Below are positions 54,231 through 64,000 of a stretch of DNA of 64,000 nt, piece after piece (within the stretch, counting starts at the first letter, position 1; each line of letters starts with the position of its first letter). A program made the translations under genes and the position numbers. The notes beneath the pieces are model-generated. The model was not told the DNA's origin. It saw nothing but the letters and a program-made list of their open reading frames with translations, and did no database searches. The stretch is taken from contig JALJEE010000986.1 of assembly GCA_023231475.1 (NCBI GenBank), positions 1-64,000 of the forward strand, read 5' to 3'. Source of the stretch: Seison nebaliae. Lineage: Eukaryota.

Positions 54231-57155
54231 TAACGAGAATGATCATAAATATTTTCATTTAGAACATGATCCGAATGATAAAGAATTTCTTATAGAAGAT
54301 TTGTATAAGAGAAGTGAATCAGGCAAATCAGGAATTGTCGAACATGAACGAACTGCAATTCGATTGAATAATAATGAAACGATGAGAAATTTAATGAGAA
54401 TTGACAACATGTTTAATGATCAACAGAAAGAGATTATCGATCAGAATATCGATAGTCATCGATATAAATCTGATTTACTTGCTCAAAAGATTATTGATAA
54501 ATATTTCGATAATGATCATCAGTTGGAACAAGAGACGATAATGAAATTATTAAATGAAAAGAAAAAGATCGAAGAGACATTAATTAATGGTCAATCAGAG
54601 AATAATTCAAATAATAATCCAACATCTGATTTTACTATAACAACTTCATCATCATTAAAATCGGATGATGGTGAAGGAAAGAAGGAAATATCTTCATCAT
54701 CAACCAAATCGATAATTCCATCGAATACCTCGAAAATTACTGACGAATCTCAAAGAACAAACAAAAAAAGTTCTCGTCATAATCATCATATAGACGATAT
54801 CGATGACGACGATGTTTATTTGGAATTATTGAAGCAATTTCCAAAGAAAGTGAAAATATCGAACGAATTTCATTTGCCGATATCGACGAAAGACAAACCA
54901 GTAACACCAGATCGAAGTGTCGAATTAGATAAGAAATTGCCAATATCACAATTTCAAATTGATGATATCCATTTACCATCAGTATCATCAACATCGCCAA
55001 AATCGTCATTATCTAATGATTCATCGTTGTCTCCAAGTAGAAATGTAACGAATAAGATAATGAGAGAAATTGATGATCTTTCACCCAAAGATGTCACTCG
55101 TTCATCATCAGATGAATATCCATCAAATAAGTTGCCATTAGTAATTCCACGAATTGAGAATGAACCGATAATTTCATCTCAAGTCTCTCCACGTCAAATG
55201 AGACATGTCAGTTCGAACACAACTCCGAGAAAGATGATTCAATCGAAAATTCAAACGACACAAACGGAAATGATAAAAGAGAAACAAATTCGTTATTGTT
55301 CTTGTGGTTATGATGTTGATACTTCTATTCTTACTACCACCAACTCAACTGTAAGTACAATGGAAAATAAAAATTATGAGAATAGTTCCACTTCCAAAAT
55401 TCATTCGGATGATGACGATGAATCGGGCACTTATTTTAGTGATGGAGAATTGTTTGTTTTTAGTAAATTGAATCGTCATTCATCGACATTCATACGAGAA
55501 CCGATCGAATTGGGAGAAGATCGAACTTGGTTCAAATTGAGAAAGAATCAGGAAGAAACTATTAAACCGATTCGTCGTTTAGTCGACATTACTCAATGTT
55601 CCTCACATTATCAGATGAGTGAAGGAGAAGTTCGATTAAGTTCGTTGAATCTTTTCGAACATAATCTTTCGGAAGGCGAGTTAAAACGCGAAGATAAATC
55701 GAAGAAATTTCAGAGAAGAAAATTAAAAAAAAGTTTTTTTTTAATTTTTAAAAAAATTTTTTTTTTTTATTTTCATCAATTTTAGATCGCCGATCACGTC
55801 TACAAGTGAAATATTGTCCCATTTGTCATTTGTTGATAAGAGGAGGAGTGAATGATTCGAGAATCGATGAGGAATATGAGTCGACGATATCATCGAACAG
55901 AAATAATGAGAAAGAAGAAATGATGAAGAAAATATCTTCTAAATCGAAAACATGTGAAGTTGATGATGATACGAATATATATCAAGATGAAGAATTCGAT
56001 GATGATGATGATGATGATGATGAGAATCATATGATAAAGGATGTTTTAGAAGAAGAGAAGGAAGAAGAGAATATATTGCCATTATTGGGCATGAATAATG
56101 CTCAAGAATTAGAGAAGAAGAATAGTCTTTATTCACCACAAAAGAAACATATAATGGAAAATGAATTTCGTATTTTAGGAAAGTCGAATGATTCGAACGA
56201 ATCAGAAGTCGATGGGAAAAGTGAAGAAATTGAGAAAGATTCATTTGTTCGATTGATTAAAGAGCAGAAGTCATCAATTCCTATTGATAATTCAATTCTT
56301 GGAATCGTTAATGATGACGACGATGACGATGACGAGAAATTGGATGATCGAATGGCAACTGAATTAGAGAATATTTATAATGGAAATGCTGATGATCAAT
56401 TGAAAGAGGGATCATCAAACGATTCTTCAAGTTTAACATTCAAAAATGTCTTTCCACAACAAGACGAAATAGAATCGTCAACTTCAGGAACTTTATCTTT
56501 AACTTCTCCATCGAATGAGAAGAAAATAAATTCGTCCAATATTCATGCGACTTCCCAAGGTGACAATGAAGAAAGAGATTCATATAATAAATTTTTTAAT
56601 CAATTAAACTCTAATGGAAATCAACGGCAACAACCTAATAACAATAATAACAACAAGAATAATCATCATCAACGACGACTCACGAGAATAATAGCGACGG
56701 GACCGGACGCTGTAAAGAAATATCAGGAGAAATTCAACAATTCAATTCCGGTGAATGGAAATCATGATCGTTATTCGGAGAAAGATTCGGATAATTTGAA
56801 TAATACCATCGATTCGTTGAGTTATGGAATTACGTTTTTGAAGGAATATGATTCTCCAGAAATCAATTCCACTCAGACATTGACAATAACAGAAATGGAC
56901 GAAGTGGATCGTTGTGAGAAATTGCCATTACTTATTTATTCTTCATCATTATCATCATCTCAATCATCGTCACCTGAACGTCGTCAAGATGATCATCGAA
57001 GTATTTCCGTTTCGCCAGTAAAACATCGAAAAAGGAAAAATAAAAAGAAGATTGAATTGGAGGAATTGGATGAACAACGTCGTTCTGAAGAGAATGAAAC
57101 GAAAAAAACAATTGGACGACATCTCTCAATTCGATTAGAAGAGAAATTAGAATAA
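52912..57155 (+). CDS. Large coiled-coil/low-complexity protein, possibly TALPID3 (KIAA0586)-like; 2 exons
   Basis: ORFs 52912-55785 and 55806-57155 join in phase 1 across a GTTTTT...TTTAG intron (about 55733-55785). The repeated S(D/E)GE motifs (FSDGELF, MSEGEV, LSEGEL) recall the TALPID3 C-terminus, but the identity is weak. Confidence 0.5.
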
Positions 57156-57952
57156 TTTTATTGATTAATCTCATTCTTTGATAAAAGTGTTTGCTTTTCT
57201 TTTCGAATAAATTGCTTATAAATGAAATTGGGGAAATTTGTCTTCCCTCGCTACTATAGTAATGTTGATATTTGTCATGAAATCTGGAATGATTAAATGA
57301 TGATTAATTTGTTGAGAGGAAAATAATTGGAGAAATTAAATTGAAACGAAATTTAGTTTTGTTTCGACGTTTGTTAAGATGAAGATCGACAAAAGAAATC
57401 GATAAGAAAAGAAATGATTTGTTTCAAATGATAAAATGTTTGAAAATTAAATTTCTGATTATAAATAATAAAGTTTAATAATAATTGGGAAGTAGATGGA
57501 ATATTGAAATAAATAAAATGGAAACAAAACAAAAAAAAAGAGAGAGAGATAATTGTCTTTTCAACAATGAATATATTAGAAGGACTAACGGTGAATGAGC
57601 AATGTGTATCGAGAGATACTCAATATGATACTCATGTCTCAACTAATAAAACTTTTCCGCTTTCCATCAATTTCTAATAGATGACTCCTGAAAAGAAAAA
57701 CGGGAAAAATAAATAGGAATTCTCATAATTTACTTTATCGATAAAATGGAAATTTATCGAATTTCTCATTCTCAATGGAAAATAAATACGGATAAACTGA
57801 AAGAATTATGTGAGTAGATCGAAAATGTGAGTGCATGCACGTACAAATGGAAGAGAGAGAGAGAGAAAGTTCAATTCTTTAACTTTCTATTGTTTAGAAT
57901 AATGAATAATAATTCTCAGACAAAAAAATTTTTTTTGATTTAAAATTCAAAT

Positions 57953-59963
57953 TTAACTCTTCTTCCGATTGTTTCGATTACCTCCACCGTTATTCTTCCG
58001 ATTTTGATTATGATGAGTATTTGTCGCATCCAAATCTTCCATTGAACCTTTCGTTCGCTTATTATTCTTCTTCTTCTCATTATTTTGATTAGTCTTATTA
58101 TTCTTCTGTTGTTGTTGTTTGTTGTTGTTGTTATTATTATTATTATGTTTCGTATTCTGATTATTCTTATTCTGTTGAGTTTGTTTCGTTTGTTTGTTTT
58201 GAGTTGGAGGTTGTTGAGGAGGATTTTGTTGTTGTTGTTGTTGTTGTTTCTGATTATTAATCGGTTGAATTGTTGGTTGTGGTGGTGTGGATGTGACATG
58301 AGATGTTACTACTGATTCCGGTGTAGCGACTGGACAAATAACTTTCTCCATTGTCTCCTCTAAATAATCTTCATATCTATTAAAGGTAATTAATTAATTA
58401 ATTAATTTAAATAAAATTTTAATGAAACTTTAGCATCTTTTTTGCTTCACCTTGAAATATCGCCATTCCTAACGGTATGATGAGACATAGAGGAACAATA
58501 TACAAGAGAGCCGGTTGAGCGTGTTTGAAAATGGTCATAACAATGACAGTGATACATAACGCTAAAATATAGGCAGCTAATGTGGTATAGAAATAGAGTT
58601 TTGATCCTTCATTGAATGCATCGTCATTATCCAAATCTTTATCGTCGTTAATGATAGTTTTATATAATAAATCTCTTTCCAAACAAGCCGTATTCTTATT
58701 CCCATTATTATTATCAGTATAATTATTATTATTAAAATTTTTCTTCCGATGTCCATTCTCTTTCTTCCGAATTTTACTCACTAATTTACTAAAAAAGAAA
58801 ATTTAAAAAATTTAAAAAAATTTTATTCGTACAAACCTGACGTCATATCGGAGAAGAAGTGCGATAAATATTCCCGGAACGACGATATCACCCAAACCGA
58901 GCATAGCCAGATTTTCAGCGTTTAGACCTTTCTCCAAAATATCTTGAGGGAAAATCAATTTAATCGGCGCCTTAAATTGAACGGCCACTGAAACCATCAC
59001 ATTCGTTCCAAAAACCTACAAATAATTCCCATGAAATCCAAATAAGACGGAAAATTTTTAACCCAGAATATATCGTAAAGAAATAATCCACTTAAGAGAA
59101 TGATTCCAGGAAGTAATCGATCGATATGTAAAATTTCGATGCTGTTAATTGCCAGAGCCAAACCGAAAATGTTATTAGCAATCCAATGCTGGGAAAATAG
59201 AAAAGATGAAGAAAATAATAAAGAAAAAAAACCTTTTCATAATAATACCAGATACCAACAGCTGTGGAGAAGATACAGCAGAAAATGTTTCCAGTTGAGA
59301 ATGAGATTTTACTCCAATCTTTAGAAAAAAGAAATGATGAATTTGAAAAAAAAAATGGAAAACTTTTGGGCCATCCAGTCGGTTCCGTATTTTCTGTAAA
59401 AATGATGGAATAATATTTCATTGAGCAAGAATATTTCGTGAGACTATGGAAGACACTTCCAAGACTTCGTGCCAATGCACTAATTCCCAGAAAAACGAAA
59501 TAAACATCGACCACTTTGTCTAGCGGATCTTTCGGACATAACTAACAAAAATTAATTGAATTAATTCATAAATTTATCTTGAGATTATTTGACTAACAAT
59601 GAAAATGATATAAGTGGAGAAGAGTGCAATCGATGCAATCAACGGGAACATAGCGGCGTCTGCACTTGTCATCTTTTCGGGTCGAGTTCCAGTCACTTTA
59701 AGTTGACGAATTTGTCGTTGTACTGAACGAACGGAACGTTTACTTCCAATATAAACAGCGAAAACGGCCATAAACAATAGGGAGATATAGGCCAATAACA
59801 TTCCTTCCGTCGTCGACGGTTTTCTCGTCGTCGTATTGTTGATAGCAGTTCGATTGATGACTTTGGCTTTCAAAATCTCCGTTAGATTATTCCTCACAAA
59901 TTGGATGGCTAATCGAGTGTAATTTTGGAGATTCTTCATATCCATCAGATCTTTCAATGTCAT
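57953..59963 (-). CDS. HM13: Signal peptide peptidase (HM13/SPP) with Q/N-rich tail; about 7 exons
   Basis: DAAMFPLIAS, KHWIANNIFGL, YDIFWVFGT.VMVSVA..FKAPIKL, MLGLGDIVVPG and HAQPALLYIVP (YD / GxGD / PAL motifs). Confidence 0.93.
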
Positions 59964-60567
59964 GATTGGAACGATCGTCAATATGATTGAAGTGAAAACT
60001 GAGTATTGAAAAAAACTAAGGAGAAAGTTCTGACTGTGAATGAATGAATGAATGAATGGGAGGAAGGAATGAGATTGGATAGGAAGGAAGAAGAAAAATA
60101 GAAAATGGGAAAATTAATGTGTGGACGAATGAAAAAAATTGGAACAATTGATATATTCATTTGACATAGGAAAAAAAAGTATACATATGTGTGGGGGAAT
60201 TATGCAAGAGAATAGATAAAAACGGATAAAACTAGTATTCCATATGTGGCTATAAGCTGAAAAGTTAAATTTGAAGAAAAAGTTCGAAAAAATTTTATAG
60301 AATAATTATCTCGAAATGTCATTGTTATGGCAACGACATGAATCTCATAGTGTCGCTTAGCAATTAATACACAAATAATTGCAAGAAAGCGTATCAACCT
60401 CAATTCGATTCGATTCATGAACACCACAACAGCAAACAGAGAAATTTTATAAAACTTATTATTTTTATTTTGGAAACTCCTTTTTCTTCTTCCCGACCTT
60501 ATCCTTCTCCTTCTTAACCAAAGACGAAAAATACATTACATCTCTTACATTCCATACATGTGATAGG

Positions 60568-63500
60568 ATGAGTAATAATGGTATTGACGATCAAGTGTTG
60601 GAACGATATGAAATGAACAAACGTCTTGGTCGAGGAGTTATCCGTCTTTCATCTCCTTCTTCCTTTCTCCAATCCAAATATATTGTAGGCTTATGGAATC
60701 GTATGGAAAGCAATTGATAAACGGACACAAGGCACTGTGGCTTTAAAGAAGATCTTTGATGCATTCCGCAACAAGACTGATGCACAACGAACTTACCGTG
60801 AAGTCTGGTTCTTATGTCGATTCAACTCACATCCAAATGTCATCAGATTACTTGATATAATGAAAGCACAAAATAATAAGGATCTCTATCTCGTCTTCGA
60901 TTTTATGGGTTTCTCCTTCTTACACTTCTTACAAAAACTCATTCTCTTCTAAAACAGAAACTGATCTTCATCGACTAATCAAAAGAAAGAACGTACTACA
61001 TGACATGCATAAAAGATATATTATGTATCAATTATTCAAATCAACTTATTATCTTCATTCTGGTGACGTTATTCATCGAGATCAAAAAGTTAATTTGTGT
61101 CAAACAAAAAAAATCTTTAATTTAAATTCTTCCCTCCTTTAGCCATGTAACATTCTGTTGAATAAACAATGCGTCCTCAAATTGGCCGATTTCGGATTGG
61201 CTCGCTCAGTTAATGAGACAGCGGAAACAAACCCCGTCCCATATACCGAATATATCGCTACTCGATGGTATCGGGCACCGGAAATTTTATTAGCATCAAA
61301 AACGTTAAGAAAATTTGTTTCAAGAATTTCTTACTAAATTATCATCCAGTTATACGAAAGGTATCGATATGTGGAGTATTGGTTGTATTTTAGGCGAATT
61401 GTATTTGAATGAACCAATCTTCCAAGGAACGAACACATTGAACCAGTTGGAAAAAATTCTCGTTTATATGCCAAAACCGAGTAGTGAAGGTTCCTCTATA
61501 TTCAATAAATCAATATCCTCTATCTATATAAATCAATTTTTCAATTCTTTTTCGAAATAGATATCGAAAGTTTACAAACGAATTATATGGAATTTTTACG
61601 GAATCAACCATCAAAGTTAAAAATTCTTCTAAATTTTCTTGTCAGTTCCTAAGACCTTTAATTGAGAAATGATAAAAACATTTAATGTTGAAATATTTGA
61701 AATGAAAAAAAACGTAATTTATTTTTATTGAAATGTTTCTAGGGAATTTTATCGAAAACGTTTAGAAGATTTAGTTCCGAATATGCCAAAAGATGCGATG
61801 GATCTTTTTATAAATTTATTAAAAATAAATCCAAAGAAGCGTTTAACTGCATTGGAATGTATGCATCATATTTATGTTGCCAGGTTGATTTTCACTAGAT
61901 TAAATGAATGATGTGATAGTCGACAAAAGATTCTATAACAAAAATGATGAGAATGTTCTTGATGAACCAGTGACGCCGGATTTGAATGATAATACTCAAT
62001 TGTCAATCGATGAATATCGTCAACGGATTTATTTAGTTAATTTCTAATTCAGTTTATTTTTGAATAATTATGTTGGAATTATTTCAGATGTGCAACCAAT
62101 TGAGAGAAAGCAGTCGAACAGAAAAGTTACATCGACGGTCGAAAAGTCGAAATCAGTTAGATGAGAATAGTAAGCGGTATTCGAATTCACAAGTTGCGAA
62201 ATCGGCGGTCAGTTATCATCGTAATTATGGAAAAGAGGGAAAAAATTATGAGAAAGATGATCATCGAAACGAATCGAATGATCGAGATAATTCAAAGAAG
62301 AAGAGAAATAGTCGTCTTCATATCTCAGAATCGACGAATTCTTTATTACATTATGGTGGGGGTAATAATAATGAGGGACGACATCGATTGAAATCGTCGA
62401 CAACTCACCAGTATGGCAATCAACAATATCTGAATGACAGTGATGAGACATTGAAATCTGATCAGGATAATTTATTGTCATCAGCATTCCTCCAACCGGT
62501 ATCTAATCAAAGATCTCATACTCAACAAAACAACAACAGCAACAATAATAGTTCAAATTATTATTATCCATCGTCGTCTTCTCATCATCAGTTGCAACAA
62601 CCATCACAACATCGAGTACAATATCAATATAATCCGAATCGAATAGTCTCCAACTATATTAGTCAAAATGAAACGGAAACTAGTAAATTAAGAAGATCTC
62701 AATCATTTTCCACTCGAAATACTCGTCAATGTTTTCTTTTTCTTCTTTCTCTTTTCATATAATTCTCTCTCTTTCTAAAGATAATGATCAACATCGTCAT
62801 TATGCCGGTCATCAACATTATGCACATCCAACTAATCCGTCGAAGTTATCCGCCTATAATAGAATTAAAGACAAATCTTCAGCGCCTTTACAACGGACAA
62901 GTGAACAACGATATCTTCGATCATATCATCGTTCAAGTGGGAATTATGGACATTCGGCTAATCCACAACCAGGTTACGGAGTACAAACAGTTTCGTTTGG
63001 TCAAAAGAATTCGAGAAGAAATTCAACAAGTGATAATCATTATGGAAAAGATGATAATCATCGTTCACTGTCTCGCACATTGCCACATGATTATTATAAT
63101 GATAATCATGTGAATAATAATGAGAATCAATATCGATATACTACTAATCATTACGAGAAGACATCGAATAATTCAGTTAATCAATTACCGAATGGAGTGA
63201 ATTATTATCATCATCCAATTAAACGTGATCATTCAAGTAAACGATTGTACAAGCAAAATTCAACACCACCATCAACAACAACAACAGCAACAACAAATAG
63301 TATTAACTATCCATCTTTAAATTCATATTATTATCAACAATCACAGAATGAACCTAATTACGATTCTGCCACTCAATATTATCGAACAACACCATCCAGA
63401 CTATTGAACACCAACAACAGCAACAATAACAATACGAATAAGAATCGTACTTCATTATCATCGTTAAATAAGACAACAGATAATCGAAATAATTATTCAT

Positions 63501-63745
63501 CAAAAACTCATAGTAACAGCAACAATAACAACAACAACAATAATAATGTAGTAACATTTAGTAAAACGTTTGACGTGATCAATCCAAAGAATGGTAATGA
63601 TAATTCTTATAATCTTGTGAATTCATCAAGTAGCAATCAGTGGCATCCAAACGGGAAGACACGACACCACTTACTGAGTGGATCACCCAGAAATCGTCGA
63701 TCTTCCAAGAATACTCCCAAGAGCAGTAATCGTCAAAATTCATAA
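60568..63745 (+). CDS. MAPK15: Atypical MAP kinase ERK7/8 with long N/S-rich tail; 10 exons
   Basis: [61 protein letters not shown] and [12 protein letters not shown]. Nine introns, all starting GTT. Confidence 0.95.
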
Positions 63746-64000
63746 ATTATCACCCCTTCACATACGTAAAAATCAGAAACTGTAGTTATCTGACGTGCAC
63801 AACCATCGTGACTTTACCACAATATAAATAGAAATTATTTTCAAAATACTTTTCTCCGATTTTCTTATTGACCAATAAAATTTATTCAATATCTCTATAC
63901 TATAATATTTAAGATTATTCGAAAAAAATTTTTTTATCAAAATTAATAATTCACATTATTTGTGAAAAAAATTATTCCAAATAATTAGAAGGAATTAGAG

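Noticed and set aside
60637..62780. GTT introns as U12-type (minor spliceosome) introns
   Set aside because: U12 donors are RTATCCTT with a TCCTTAAC branch site, and neither is present.
11337..63745. Centriole/cilium gene cluster (centrobin-like, TALPID3-like, MAPK15)
   Set aside because: The genes are dispersed among unrelated ones and the TALPID3 call is weak, so chance co-location is plausible.

Overview
This is AT-rich, gene-dense eukaryotic DNA from a compact invertebrate-animal genome (peroxidasin, Disabled, IgLON-like, K2P and centrobin-like genes; introns mostly 45-70 nt). The species cannot be fixed from sequence alone. The window opens with decayed hAT transposase and LINE fragments (about 290-3350). 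About 20 genes follow: RNF220-like, MAPKAPK, centrobin-like, peroxidasin, Dab, selenoprotein K (missed by the ORF track), misato, ACTL6/Arp4, 26/29-kDa cathepsin, K2P channel, Ig-CAM, yippee, QTRT1, an orphan, Drp1, Munc18, TALPID3-like, signal peptide peptidase and MAPK15. The most striking signal is the splicing code. Of 64 introns reconstructed by hand, 58 begin GTT, 4 GTA and 2 GTC, the reverse of the usual GT(A/G)AGT donor, which suggests altered 5' splice-site recognition. Also notable is the selenoprotein K locus, with a UGA-Sec codon, a candidate SECIS, a hairpin just after the UGA and the only perfect GTAAGT donor. All gene identities come from motif recognition, not database searches.
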